Shown piece after piece: positions 10,592 to 20,426 of a DNA stretch of 64,000 nt. Each line of letters begins with the position of its first letter. Within the stretch, counting starts at the first letter, position 1. Source of the DNA: Myxococcota bacterium (GTDB lineage Bacteria > Myxococcota_A > UBA9160 > UBA6930); assembly GCA_965223705.1 (NCBI GenBank), contig OZ245015.1, positions 4,288,001-4,352,000 of the forward strand. Direction: 5' to 3'. The translations under genes and the position numbers were made by a program. Under the pieces are notes generated by a model. It was not told the origin of the DNA. It searched no databases and saw only the letters and a list, made by a program, of their open reading frames with translations.

Positions 10592-11347
10592 CTAGGTCGC
10601 CCCAAAGACCTTTTTCAACAGTTCTGTGGTGCGGGCCGCCGGATCGCTGCGAATCGAGGCCTCTTCGGCCGCCAGGTAGTGAAAAATTCCCGCGAGTCCA
10701 CCGTCGAGGACGTGGTCCGTGAGGTTCGCCGTAACGTCGGGCATGAAAGGAATCTTCTGGTAGCTCGACATCGCCCGATCGAAGGCCGCGACCGCTCCGA
10801 CTTCCGCCAGTGAGCTCTCGACGATGGGCCGGAAAGCGTCTCGCAGCTGCCCCGACGTCTTCTCTTTGAAATACTGGGTCGCGGCGTCCTCGGGGCCGTT
10901 GTAGATCCCGGTGACGTCGTCCAGGGTGAGCTGGGTAATCGCGCCGAAGAAGATTTCTTTCGCCTGGGGCGTGGCGGCTTCAGCGGCCCGGTTCATCTTG
11001 AGCTCGAGGTCGTCGAGGAGCGACGACATCCCGACTTTCTCGAGCGCGGACTGCACTTTCGACAAGCTGTCCGGGAGCGGGATGTGCGCGACCGGATCGG
11101 CGTTGAAACCGTTCGCGGCGCCGAGCTGGTCCACGACGCGCCCGGAACCGACGCGAAGCGCTTCTTTGAGGCCCGACCCGATTTCGCTGTCCGAAAGGCC
11201 CCCGCCACCGGTCAGGCCCTGCAAGATCGACTTGCCGCGGCTGAGCCAATCCGCGCCGACGGCCGGGCCCGCGGTGCAGAGGCCAGCGACGACGGCCGCC
11301 ACGACCCATGCGAGTCGGATCGACGGTTGTTTGCGATTCGAAAACAT
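10592..11347 (-). CDS. DUF4197-type exported protein
   Basis: Signal peptide; GLKEALRVG, MNRAAEAA, DAATQYFK, EEASIRSDPAARTTELLKKVFG; alternative start 11386. Confidence 0.88.
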   Translation of the reverse strand: MFSNRKQPSIRLAWVVAAVVAGLCTAGPAVGADWLSRGKSILQGLTGGGGLSDSEIGSGLKEALRVGSGRVVDQLGAANGFNADPVAHIPLPDSLSKVQSALEKVGMSSLLDDLELKMNRAAEAATPQAKEIFFGAITQLTLDDVTGIYNGPEDAATQYFKEKTSGQLRDAFRPIVESSLAEVGAVAAFDRAMSSYQKIPFMPDVTANLTDHVLDGGLAGIFHYLAAEEASIRSDPAARTTELLKKVFGAT

Positions 11348-11436
11348 CCTGTGTTCTCCAGTGGTGGTTTGTGTTGTACCACTCATCCGACGATTTCCGC
11401 AGCGCGGAATTCACTTTCTTCTTACTCTCCGGATCG

Positions 11437-12885
11437 ATGGAGGCTGAATTCGAAGCGGCATTCGCCCGCCTCGTCGACGACGCGCTCGTTGCGGATCCAC
11501 GGCTCTCGCTCTCGCTTCGAGTCGTTCGCGAGCGAAGCGAAACGCTCGAAGTGCAGCGCGGGGTCGACGAGCCCGTAGCGCTCGCCGAAGACTACGGCGC
11601 GATGGTGTCGGTCAGCCGAGGGGGCGCCCCCACCTACGCCGCGACGAGCGACGTTTCGGAACAGGGCTTGCGCGCGGCGTACGCGCGCGCGCTCCGCTGG
11701 CTCGACGCGCGCGGCGCGGGTCCCGTGAGCGAGGTACCGCAGCTCGTAGCGCGACGCGGGAGCTACGAGACGCCAGATGTCGAGAGCTTGTTGCGCGTGC
11801 CCGTGGAAGAGCGCATGGACTTGCTGCGGCGCGCTTCCGAGCGGCTCCGCCCGGACCCCTGCGTGGTCGACTGGAGCGCGGCGCTCTGGTGCGCCGAAAC
11901 CGAGTCGCTCCTTCTCGACTCCGCCGGGAGTCGTATCGAGCAAACTCTCATCATGGTTCTGCCCGAGCTTCGTGCGACGGCGCACCGCGATGGAGAAAGT
12001 CAGAGTCGCACTCTGGCGGGCCACAACCATGCGCGCCAGGGCGGCGTCTCCCTCCTCGAGGACATCGCTTTTCTCGATCGAGCGTCGGGTCTCGCCGAGC
12101 AAGCGATCGAGCTCCTGTCCGCTGAAAACTGCCCGAGCGGCCGCTATCCCCTGATCCTCGCGCCGGATCAGATGGTGCTTCAGATTCACGAATCGATCGG
12201 ACATCCGCTGGAGCTCGATCGCATCCTCGGCGACGAACGCAACTACGCGGGGACGAGCTTCGTCACGCCCGAGATGTTCGGGACCTACCGCTACGGATCC
12301 CCGCTCCTCAACGTGAGCTTTGCGCCGGATGTACCCACGGAGCTCGCTTCCTACGCGTTCGACGACGCCGGAAGCGCTGCAGGGCGCGCGCTGCTCATCG
12401 AGGAGGGAATCCTCAAACGGCCCCTCGGCGGCGCTCTCTCCGGCGCTCGGTCCGACCTGCCGAGTGTCGCCGCCGCGCGCGCGTCGAGTTGGAATCGGCC
12501 ACCGATCGATCGTATGGCCAACCTGAACATCGAACCGGGAAACGCGAGCTTCGAGGATCTCGTCGCGCCGATCGAAGAGGGCTTCCTCTTCGAAACCAAC
12601 TGCTCTTGGTCGATCGATCACGAACGCAACAAGTTTCAGTTCGGCTGCGAGCGCGGGCGGCGTATTCGAGGCGGCGAGCTCGCCGAAGTCGTCAAGAACC
12701 CGAACTATCGCGGTCGCTCGGCGGATTTCTGGCGAAAGCTCGACGCCGTGGGGAACGCAGCGCTCTGGGAGATCCTCGGCACGCCCTATTGCGGCAAAGG
12801 CGAACCCAACCAAGTGATCCGAGTCGGCCACGCCTCGCCTCCCTGCCGCTTTCTCGACGTCGACGTCTTCGGGGGCGCGGCATAG
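11437..12885 (+). CDS. tldD: TldD-family metalloprotease (catalytic subunit)
   Basis: IHESIGHPLELDR (HExxxH), PIDRMANL, CGKGEPNQ. Confidence 0.9.
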   Translation: MEAEFEAAFARLVDDALVADPRLSLSLRVVRERSETLEVQRGVDEPVALAEDYGAMVSVSRGGAPTYAATSDVSEQGLRAAYARALRWLDARGAGPVSEVPQLVARRGSYETPDVESLLRVPVEERMDLLRRASERLRPDPCVVDWSAALWCAETESLLLDSAGSRIEQTLIMVLPELRATAHRDGESQSRTLAGHNHARQGGVSLLEDIAFLDRASGLAEQAIELLSAENCPSGRYPLILAPDQMVLQIHESIGHPLELDRILGDERNYAGTSFVTPEMFGTYRYGSPLLNVSFAPDVPTELASYAFDDAGSAAGRALLIEEGILKRPLGGALSGARSDLPSVAAARASSWNRPPIDRMANLNIEPGNASFEDLVAPIEEGFLFETNCSWSIDHERNKFQFGCERGRRIRGGELAEVVKNPNYRGRSADFWRKLDAVGNAALWEILGTPYCGKGEPNQVIRVGHASPPCRFLDVDVFGGAA

Positions 12886-14207
12886 TGCGCGAAACGTTCC
12901 ACGCGCTAGCGGCGCATCTCCGCAGCCGGCGGCGCGCAAACGAGGATTTCGCCGCGACGTTCTACGGCGAGCAATCGGAGTTCGCGCGGTTCTCGAAGAG
13001 CGTTCCGCACCAGACCGGGTCGGTCGATCAACGCGAGCTCGATCTCCGCTTCATGGTGGGGCGACGTCAAGCGCAGATGTCGCTCTCGCTGACCGGCCAA
13101 CCGAAGGAGGACCGCGACCGAGTCGATCGCGCGGTGTTGCGACTCCGCCAGATTGCCGAAGCCGGCCGGGAGGATCCCTATCTCAAGCTGCCGACGGAAG
13201 TGGAGGAAAGCGAACGCGTCTCCGTGGAGGAGAACGTCGATGCGCGGGAGCAGCTCGAGTTGTTCTGTCGGCTACACCGCGACGTCGATAGCGTGGGCGT
13301 GCTGGCGGCGGGGCCCCAGTTCGTGGGTTTCGCGAACGGAGCGGGCCAGCACAACTGGCACGCCGTTTCGAGCCATCAATTCGACTGGAGCCTCCATGAG
13401 GCCGGCGGGCGCGCGGTCAAGGCGAACTACGCCGATTTTCGGTTCGACGCCGAAGTGTTGACACAACGCGTTCACGCGGCGCGGGAAGCGCAGCGCGCCC
13501 TTCGCAGAAACACCCGAACGCTCACGCCCGGCCGCTACCGCGTGTATCTCACGCCCGAAGCGCTCGATGAGATCTTTGGTCTCGTCGCCTGGGACGGTTT
13601 TTCTCTGCGCGCCCAACGGACCCGATCGACTTCTCTGCTCAAGTTGGTCGAGGGGCGTGCGTCGCTCCATCCGGCACTGGACATCCGCGAAGATACGGCC
13701 CGAGGACTCGCGCCGAATTTCGACGCGTTCGGTTTTCGTCGCCCGGATCGTGTCACGCTCGTCGCCCGGGGCTGCCATGCCGATGCGCTCGTCTCACCGC
13801 GTTCTTCCGCGGAGTACGCCGTGCCGACGAACGGTGCCTCCGGAGCTGAATCGCCGCTCTCTCTCGATGTCGGCCCGGGGTCCCTCGACGCGGAGCGCGC
13901 GCTGCAAGAGCTCGGGACCGGGATCTACATCAGCAATTTGTGGTATTCGAACTTCTCGGATCGCAACGCGTGTCGAACCACGGGAATGACGCGCTTCGCG
14001 ACGTTGTGGGTCGAGGGCGGCCAGGCCGTGGCCCCGATCGAGGTCATGCGCTTCGACGACACGCTGTACCGAATGCTGGGAGAGAAACTCGTCGGACTGA
14101 CATCACAGACGCACTTCTTGCCCGATCCCGGCACCTACGGGCGTCGGTCCCTGCGCAGCGCGCGGCTTCCGGGAGCGCTCGTCGACGACTTCACGCTCAC
14201 GCTCTGA
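12885..14207 (+). CDS. tldE: TldE/PmbA-family partner subunit
   Basis: GTG overlaps the tldD stop; PGRYRVYL, TGMTRFAT, MRFDD; no HExxxH. Confidence 0.85.
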   Translation: MRETFHALAAHLRSRRRANEDFAATFYGEQSEFARFSKSVPHQTGSVDQRELDLRFMVGRRQAQMSLSLTGQPKEDRDRVDRAVLRLRQIAEAGREDPYLKLPTEVEESERVSVEENVDAREQLELFCRLHRDVDSVGVLAAGPQFVGFANGAGQHNWHAVSSHQFDWSLHEAGGRAVKANYADFRFDAEVLTQRVHAAREAQRALRRNTRTLTPGRYRVYLTPEALDEIFGLVAWDGFSLRAQRTRSTSLLKLVEGRASLHPALDIREDTARGLAPNFDAFGFRRPDRVTLVARGCHADALVSPRSSAEYAVPTNGASGAESPLSLDVGPGSLDAERALQELGTGIYISNLWYSNFSDRNACRTTGMTRFATLWVEGGQAVAPIEVMRFDDTLYRMLGEKLVGLTSQTHFLPDPGTYGRRSLRSARLPGALVDDFTLTL

Positions 14208-14227
14208 AGAGGTGTGAGCGGGGCCGC

Positions 14228-14518
14228 CTACTTGCGACCGGACAGCGCCTTCTGAACGCGGCGCTTCAGTCGACGCGCTTTGGTCGGGAGCTTGGCGTCG
14301 TCGCTCTTCAGCAAATACGCGTCGAGTCCGCCCCGCTTTTGCACGGTTCGAATCGCCCGGGTGGTGACGCGGAGCGAAACCGTGCGGCCGAGCGCCTCGC
14401 TCAACAAGCTGATGTTCTGCAGGTTCGGATCGAACCGGCGAGGTGTGACGCGATTCGAGTGCGCCACGTTGCGGCCGGCGCGCGTTCGCGTGCCTGTGAG
14501 ATCGCATTCTCGAGGCAT
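14228..14518 (-). CDS. rpmB: 50S ribosomal protein bL28 (zinc-ribbon-free form)
   Basis: CDLTG...GRNVAHSN..TPRRFDPNLQ, GGLDAYLL. Confidence 0.95.
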   Translation of the reverse strand: MPRECDLTGTRTRAGRNVAHSNRVTPRRFDPNLQNISLLSEALGRTVSLRVTTRAIRTVQKRGGLDAYLLKSDDAKLPTKARRLKRRVQKALSGRK

Positions 14519-14521
14519 GCG

Positions 14522-14770
14522 CTACCCCTTCTTCTTGCCGTAGCGCTTGCGGAACCGATCGACGCGCCCGTCGGAATCGACTTCGCGCATCTGCCCCGTC
14601 CAAAACGGATGGCTCGCCGAGGAGATTTCGAGCTTGATCACCGGTAGCGATTCGCCGTCGACTTCTTTCGTCTCTTCGGAAGTCATCGTCGAACGGGAAA
14701 CCCATTCATCGCCGGTCGCGGAATCGACGAACAAGACCTTGCGGTATTCGGGATGGATTTCCGGCTTCAT
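14522..14770 (-). CDS. rpmE2: 50S ribosomal protein bL31 type B
   Basis: MKPEIHPEYRKVLFVD, EISSASHPFWTG, GRVDRFRKRYG; no Cys. Confidence 0.95.
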   Translation of the reverse strand: MKPEIHPEYRKVLFVDSATGDEWVSRSTMTSEETKEVDGESLPVIKLEISSASHPFWTGQMREVDSDGRVDRFRKRYGKKKG

Positions 14771-14775
14771 CGTTC

Positions 14776-15081
14776 TTACCAGCTCGACTTTCGGACGCCC
14801 GGAAGCTCTCCGCGCAGCGCCATTTCGCGAAGCATGATCCGGGACACGCCAAATTTTCGATACACCGCCTTCGACCGTCCGGTCACACGGCACCGTCGCG
14901 TGCGACGCGCGGGACAGGAGTTCGTCGGCAGTTTCTCAAGAGCGGCAAGGGCCTCGAGCTTCTCGTCGATGTCGAGGTTTGCGTTCTTCAGTTTCTTGCG
15001 GAGTGCGGCGCGCTTCTCAGCATAACGGTCGATCAGTGAGGCGCGGAACGCGTCGCGATTCTTCTGTGATTTCTTCGGCAT
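14776..15081 (-). CDS. rpsN: 30S ribosomal protein uS14 (101-aa zinc-independent type)
   Basis: [37 protein letters not shown]. Confidence 0.95.
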   Translation of the reverse strand: MPKKSQKNRDAFRASLIDRYAEKRAALRKKLKNANLDIDEKLEALAALEKLPTNSCPARRTRRCRVTGRSKAVYRKFGVSRIMLREMALRGELPGVRKSSW

Positions 15082-15148
15082 AGGGAGCGGGAAGGTATCC
15101 ACGAGGCGTTCACGGCGCAATCGCGTTTCGGCCCTTCCCCGAGGGGTT

Positions 15149-16561
15149 TCAGCCCCTTTCTGCCGCCGTCGCTCGAATCCTCTCCCAGGCTTCCTCGACA
15201 TGGCGCGCTTCGGTGAGGGTTCCGCCGATCGCCATCCGGAGCGTCGGGCGGCCGTTGAGTTCGGTTGCGGTGAGGTAAAGAGCCCCCGATCGATTGAGTT
15301 CCTCGAGGAGGGATCGGCTGCCGGCGTCGTCTCCGACCAGTCGAAAACAAACGAGGCCGAGGCGCGGCGGCGCCGCGAGCTCAAAAGCGGAATCGCGGTC
15401 GACCCATTCCGCGAATCGGCTGGCCAGCTCGGTGTGGCGCCGGACGTGCGCGCGGAGCCCGCTGGCCCCGAAGCTCCGCAGCACGAACCAGAGCTTGAGC
15501 GCTCGGAACCGTCGCCCGAGCGGGATCTGCCAATCTCGGTAGTCGATGACCTCGCCGGAATCCGTCGCGCGGTTCTTCAGGTAGACCGGGTTCACCGCGA
15601 GGGCTTCGGTCAGCGCGCTGCGATCCCGGACGAAGAACGCGTCGCAGTCGAAGTTCGTCAGGAGCCACTTGTGGGGGTTGACGCAATAGGAGTCGGCGCC
15701 GTCGAGCCCTTCCTGGAGGTGCCGGTGCTCCTCGCAGATGGTCGCGCTACCGGCGTACGCCGCGTCGACGTGGAGCCACACACCCTCTCGGCGGCAGATT
15801 TCGGCGATCGCCGGGAGCGGATCGATCGCCGCCGACGAAGTCGTGCCCAAGGTCGCCACGACGAGGCTCGGAGTCTGCCCACGAGCGCGGTCTTCGCGGA
15901 TCGCGAGCGCCAGCGCCTCGGGCTGCAGCGCAAATTCATCATCCGTCGGAATCTTGCGGAGCTGATCGCGCCCGACCCCCGCGACCCCGACCGCTTTGTC
16001 GATCGAGGAATGCGCTTCTTCCGACGCGTAGACCGTGAGCTTCTCGGACATCCCCCGGTGGTTCGCCGCGCCTTCGGTGGCGCGCTCGCGAGCGGCGAGG
16101 AGCGCGCACAGCGTCGCGCTCGACGCGGAATCCTGGATCACGCCGCCGCCGGTGCCGCGCGACGTCAAGGCCTCGGGCAAGCCGAGTAGATCCGCCAGCC
16201 AATCGAGGACGTGGGTTTCGAGCTCGGTGCAAGCGGGGCTCGTCGCCCAGAGCATGCCCTGCACGCCCAAGCCGGCGGAAAGCAGTTCGCCGAGGACCGC
16301 CGGCCCCGACGCATTGGCCGGGAAGAACGCGAAGAAGTTCGGGGATTGCCAGTGCGTGAGCCCGGGCACGATGAGGCGCTCGACGTCGGCCAACAAGCGC
16401 GCGAAGGGTTCCGGGTCTTCCGGCGCTCGGTCGGGCAAGGCCTCGCGCAGCGCGCCGGGGCGCTCCCGGGACTGCACCGGGTGCTGCTCGATGTCGCGCC
16501 AGTAGTCGGCGACCCAGTCGACCAGCGCGTGCCCGGCGGCGCGAAACGCTTCGTCGTTCAT
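15149..16561 (-). CDS. PLP-dependent group II decarboxylase, aromatic-L-amino-acid decarboxylase-like
   Basis: [49 protein letters not shown]. Confidence 0.92.
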   Translation of the reverse strand: MNDEAFRAAGHALVDWVADYWRDIEQHPVQSRERPGALREALPDRAPEDPEPFARLLADVERLIVPGLTHWQSPNFFAFFPANASGPAVLGELLSAGLGVQGMLWATSPACTELETHVLDWLADLLGLPEALTSRGTGGGVIQDSASSATLCALLAARERATEGAANHRGMSEKLTVYASEEAHSSIDKAVGVAGVGRDQLRKIPTDDEFALQPEALALAIREDRARGQTPSLVVATLGTTSSAAIDPLPAIAEICRREGVWLHVDAAYAGSATICEEHRHLQEGLDGADSYCVNPHKWLLTNFDCDAFFVRDRSALTEALAVNPVYLKNRATDSGEVIDYRDWQIPLGRRFRALKLWFVLRSFGASGLRAHVRRHTELASRFAEWVDRDSAFELAAPPRLGLVCFRLVGDDAGSRSLLEELNRSGALYLTATELNGRPTLRMAIGGTLTEARHVEEAWERIRATAAERG

Positions 16562-17520
16562 CGGAAGAGTTCGTCGCGCGGGTTCTTCGGGCCTGCTTCT
16601 TCGAGGGCCGAGAGCGCGTCGCGGCCCGCTTCGCCGAGATCTTTCGGCACGACGATTCGAACCGTCACGTACAGGTTTCCGGGCACGCCGCCGCGCGGCC
16701 GGGCTACGCCTTTCCCGCTCAAGCGCAGCCGCTTCCCGCTGTCGGTTCCCGGCGGAAGCGTCACGGTGGCGCGCCCGTCGAGGGTCGGCACTTCGATCTG
16801 CGCGCCGCGAATCGCTTCGACGACCGTGATGGGCACGTCTAGGTGGAGATCGTTGCCCTCGCGTCGGAAGACCGGATGGGGACGGACGCGGACTGTGGCC
16901 CAAAGGTCGCCCGGCGGACCGCCGCGCAGGCCCGGTTGCCCCTGGCCGCGCAGGCGGATGCGCCCCCCCGCCGCGACACCCGGAGGTATTCGGACCGTGA
17001 CCGTCTGCGGGTGCGACCGACCGCTCGCGTCGGGCCGATTCAGGGTCAGCCGCTTCTCGGTGCCGCGCACGGCTTCCATGAAGTCGAGTTCGATCTCCGC
17101 CTCGAGGTCGCCTCCCGGCCTCGGGCCGCGGCTCGACCCGCCGCCGAACTGCGAAAAGAGGTCTTCCAGATCAAATCCGGGGCCCGGGCCCTGGCCGCCG
17201 AAGCCGAACGGGAAGCCCTCGGAGCCCGCGGATCGCGCGCCGCCCCCAAAGCGCGCTCCGGCGCGCCGTGCCGCTTCCGCATCGAAACCCGCTTCGAGAC
17301 TCACGTCGCCGAACTCGTCGTAGTTCCGCCGCTTCTCCGCGTCGGAGAGGACGGCATACGCTTCGGTCACTTCCTTGAAGCGCTCTTCTGCGGAATCATC
17401 GCCGGGATTGACGTCCGGATGGAGATCGCGCGCGAGCTTCCGGTACGTCGTGCGCAACGTCTCGTCATCGACGTCGCGCGCAACGCCCAGGACCTTGTAG
17501 AGATCTCTGCGACGACTCAT
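16558..17520 (-). CDS. DnaJ-class (CbpA-like) chaperone lacking the zinc finger
   Basis: J domain with HPD, G/F-rich linker, C-terminal VRIPPG/VPTLDG domains. Confidence 0.92.
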   Translation of the reverse strand: MSRRRDLYKVLGVARDVDDETLRTTYRKLARDLHPDVNPGDDSAEERFKEVTEAYAVLSDAEKRRNYDEFGDVSLEAGFDAEAARRAGARFGGGARSAGSEGFPFGFGGQGPGPGFDLEDLFSQFGGGSSRGPRPGGDLEAEIELDFMEAVRGTEKRLTLNRPDASGRSHPQTVTVRIPPGVAAGGRIRLRGQGQPGLRGGPPGDLWATVRVRPHPVFRREGNDLHLDVPITVVEAIRGAQIEVPTLDGRATVTLPPGTDSGKRLRLSGKGVARPRGGVPGNLYVTVRIVVPKDLGEAGRDALSALEEAGPKNPRDELFR

Positions 17521-18164
17521 CCCGTTCCCCATCGATGCGCTGCTTCGCGGAACCTCTCTTTCTGAAACCGCACGCGCGAGGGGCGTTGCATCAGCCAGAC
17601 GGGCGCGCCTCGAAACGCGAAACGCTTCGTCACGCCGAAGCCGAACGATTCGTAGAGACGCCGATTTCGGTCGCGATCCGTCTCGAGATACGCCGCGACC
17701 CCGCACCGATCGACTTCGACGAGCCAACTCTTCAGCAGTCGTCGCCCGATGCCCGCGCCCTGTCGCTCCTCCGCCACGCCCAGCGTGGCCAGGTACCAAT
17801 GGGGGATCACCGGATGCTGGGACGCGAGTGTCTCGAATAGAACGCCAAAGTCTTTCGACGCCCTCGCGCCCTGGGCCCACGCGGCGCGCAAGCGGCCGCC
17901 CAGCGGCGGCACCGGAAACGGGAACGCTCCCGGCGGCGCGGCGATGAGAACCCCGGCGAGGTCATGGCGGTCACTCGCACACAGCACCGTCCCGTGACGG
18001 AGGGAAACCGGAAGGCTCGCGCGCAGCCCGGCTCGATTCGCCCGCTCGCGTTGGCCGGGATCGGCACCGAGCAGCGCTCGATTCAAGGGATTGTCGCGGA
18101 ACGCCCGCGCCAGCAAATCGACGGCGGCGGGTAAGTCCGCGACTACGGCGTTGCGTACGATCAT
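17517..18164 (-). CDS. GNAT N-acetyltransferase
   Basis: HWYLATLGV, RQGAGIGRRLL, AYLET, LYESFGF; ATGA overlaps on both sides. Confidence 0.88.
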   Translation of the reverse strand: MIVRNAVVADLPAAVDLLARAFRDNPLNRALLGADPGQRERANRAGLRASLPVSLRHGTVLCASDRHDLAGVLIAAPPGAFPFPVPPLGGRLRAAWAQGARASKDFGVLFETLASQHPVIPHWYLATLGVAEERQGAGIGRRLLKSWLVEVDRCGVAAYLETDRDRNRRLYESFGFGVTKRFAFRGAPVWLMQRPSRVRFQKERFREAAHRWGTG

Positions 18165-19462
18165 TCCGCGTCTTTCGCCAAGAGATCCTCGCGCAAGGTC
18201 CGCGCCCCGAGGAAGAAATGCAGTCCGGCCAGCAGGAGCATTACCGCCTGAACGCCCATCAACGAGTAGCGGATCGCGTGATCTCCGAAGGTGCCCGCGA
18301 GAAGATCGTTGAGCACGCCGACGGCCTGGGGGCCGAGTCCCAGACCGATCATGTTGATCACAAAGATCAAGATCGCCGCGGCGACGGCGCGCATCCGGAG
18401 CTTCGCGAGATTCTGCGCGACCGCGAACGCCGGGCCCAGATAGATGGCCGAGAGAAAAACGGAAGGAATGGCGCAAGCCAACGCGAGCGCGATCGTGTCG
18501 GTCGCGTACAGCGCGATCGAAAACGGGATCGCCACAAGCGATGCTGCGCCCGGTACCCAGAGTGCGTAGCGCGTGTCGCCCTTCGCGAGTCGATCGACGA
18601 GCTTGCCGCCGAAGAAAGCCCCGGCCGCACCGAAGATTCCGGTGATCAAGCCCAACCAGGTTCCCGCCTCGCCGGTGCCCATTCCGTGAACGCGGTAGAG
18701 AAATGCCGGCGTCCACACCGCGGCGCCGTAGCCCGCGAACGCCTTGAACGAGGTGGCGAGCGCTAGGTGACGAGCCGAAGGCAGTCGCCCGAGGAAGCGG
18801 GCGGTCTCGCCCGTCGTGGGTTGTTCGGCGGCATCGGCCAGCCCTTCCGACGAACCGCGCAACGGCTCTCGCACCGTGAAACGCACCACCAGGGCCAGCA
18901 AGATCCCGGGCAGGCCGAGGACGTAGAACGCCACCCTCCAGCCGAAGAACTCATTGATCCAGCCTCCCAGGAAGTACCCGAATAGAATCCCGATATGGAT
19001 GCCGGTGGAATAGATCGCCAACGCCGTCGCCCGGCGCTCGGGAGGGAAGTAGTCGGCGAGTAGGGAATGCGCTGCGGGAGTGCAGGCCGCCTCGCCGACG
19101 CCGACCCCGATCCGCGCGAGCGCCAGGTGGGTGAACGAACGCGCCATTCCGGAGACCGCCGTCATCCCGCTCCAGAGCGCGAGCCCGATCGCGATGATCG
19201 AGCGACGCACGCCCCGGTCGGCCCACCGCGCGATGGGAATACCGGCGACGGTGTAGAACAGCGCAAAGGCGATCCCTGTGAGAAAGCCCATCGCCGTGTC
19301 GGAGACCCCGAGATCCTCCTTGATCGGTTGCAGGAGAATGGAGAGGAGCTGGCGGTCGATGAAGTTGACCGCGTAGACCACGACCAGCAGGCCCAGCACG
19401 TAGCGTGCATAGCCTTCGGTCACGAGCTCCGGATTCGGGGTCCCCGGCGGCGCGCTAGCCAA
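18161..19462 (-). CDS. MFS transporter (spinster-like)
   Basis: NFIDRQLLS, ARWADRGVRR, RIGVGVGEA, about 12 TM segments; start is TTG 19462 or GTG 19423. Confidence 0.9.
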   Translation of the reverse strand: MASAPPGTPNPELVTEGYARYVLGLLVVVYAVNFIDRQLLSILLQPIKEDLGVSDTAMGFLTGIAFALFYTVAGIPIARWADRGVRRSIIAIGLALWSGMTAVSGMARSFTHLALARIGVGVGEAACTPAAHSLLADYFPPERRATALAIYSTGIHIGILFGYFLGGWINEFFGWRVAFYVLGLPGILLALVVRFTVREPLRGSSEGLADAAEQPTTGETARFLGRLPSARHLALATSFKAFAGYGAAVWTPAFLYRVHGMGTGEAGTWLGLITGIFGAAGAFFGGKLVDRLAKGDTRYALWVPGAASLVAIPFSIALYATDTIALALACAIPSVFLSAIYLGPAFAVAQNLAKLRMRAVAAAILIFVINMIGLGLGPQAVGVLNDLLAGTFGDHAIRYSLMGVQAVMLLLAGLHFFLGARTLREDLLAKDAE

Positions 19463-20420
19463 GGCCCAAGTTCTTGCGGATGCGCTCCTCGGGATCCGAA
19501 ACGTCTGGGGCGAATGCGCGGCCGGTAATTTGCTCGTAGGCCGCGATATAGCGGCGGGCCGCTTCACAGCGGACGTCGTCCGGCAAAGCCGGAGGCGTGC
19601 CCTCCCCCTTGTAACCCTGCTCGCCGAGCCAACGCCGGACGTATTCCTTGTCGAGTGCCTTCGGGTCCTCACCCACCTTCATCGCCTCGTCGTACGCGTC
19701 GCGGTACCAGTAGCGCGAGGAGTCGGGCGTATGGATTTCGTCGATCACCACCAGGGCGCCATCCGACTCGAGGCCAAGCTCGTACTTCGTGTCAACGAGA
19801 ATCAAGCCCTGTTTTTCAGCCCACTCGGTTCCGGTTGCAAAGAGCGACATCACGAGGCGTTCGCAGCGGTCGTAGAGCTCCTCACTGAGCGTTCCGTTTG
19901 CGATGATTTCCTCGCGCGAAGTCAGCTCGTCGTGATCGCCCTTCTGCGCTTTCGTCGTCGGTGTGAGAAGCGGCTCGGGAAGCTTCTCGTGCCGCTTCAG
20001 TCCATCGGGCAATGTGTGGCCGCAATACTCGCGATCGCCGCGGTTGTAAGCGGTAAGGATCGAGGTCGACGTCGATCCGGTCAGATAACCGCGCACGACG
20101 AACTCGACGGGTAGCGGGTTGCACTCGCGAACCCAGGAGACAGCGGGGTCGGGGACCGACTCGAGGTGATTGTCGGCGAGGTCGGCGGTCTTCTCGAACC
20201 AAAACGCTGCAAGCTGGTTCAGCACCTGGCCCTTGAGCGGGATCGTCCCCACAACGACGTCAAAGCAACTGACGCGGTCGGTCACGACGATGGCGCGTCG
20301 TCCGTCCTGGATGTAGCTGTCGCGCACCTTGCCCTCTTCGCGACGACCGAGCCCTTCGAAGTTCGTCGTTTCGAGGGTTCGATTGCAGAGGTCCGGAAGG
20401 ATCGTTTCGAGATCGGTCAT
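19455..20420 (-). CDS. purC: SAICAR synthetase
   Basis: GKVRDSY, TDRVSCFD, PVEFVVRGY, ILVDTKYELG, DEIHTPDSSRYW. Confidence 0.96.
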   Translation of the reverse strand: MTDLETILPDLCNRTLETTNFEGLGRREEGKVRDSYIQDGRRAIVVTDRVSCFDVVVGTIPLKGQVLNQLAAFWFEKTADLADNHLESVPDPAVSWVRECNPLPVEFVVRGYLTGSTSTSILTAYNRGDREYCGHTLPDGLKRHEKLPEPLLTPTTKAQKGDHDELTSREEIIANGTLSEELYDRCERLVMSLFATGTEWAEKQGLILVDTKYELGLESDGALVVIDEIHTPDSSRYWYRDAYDEAMKVGEDPKALDKEYVRRWLGEQGYKGEGTPPALPDDVRCEAARRYIAAYEQITGRAFAPDVSDPEERIRKNLGLG

Positions 20421-20426
20421 ATTCTC

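Noticed and set aside
11437..14207. TldD/TldE as a RiPP maturation cluster
   Set aside because: No precursor peptide, YcaO or other modifying enzyme is nearby; this is a common stand-alone pair
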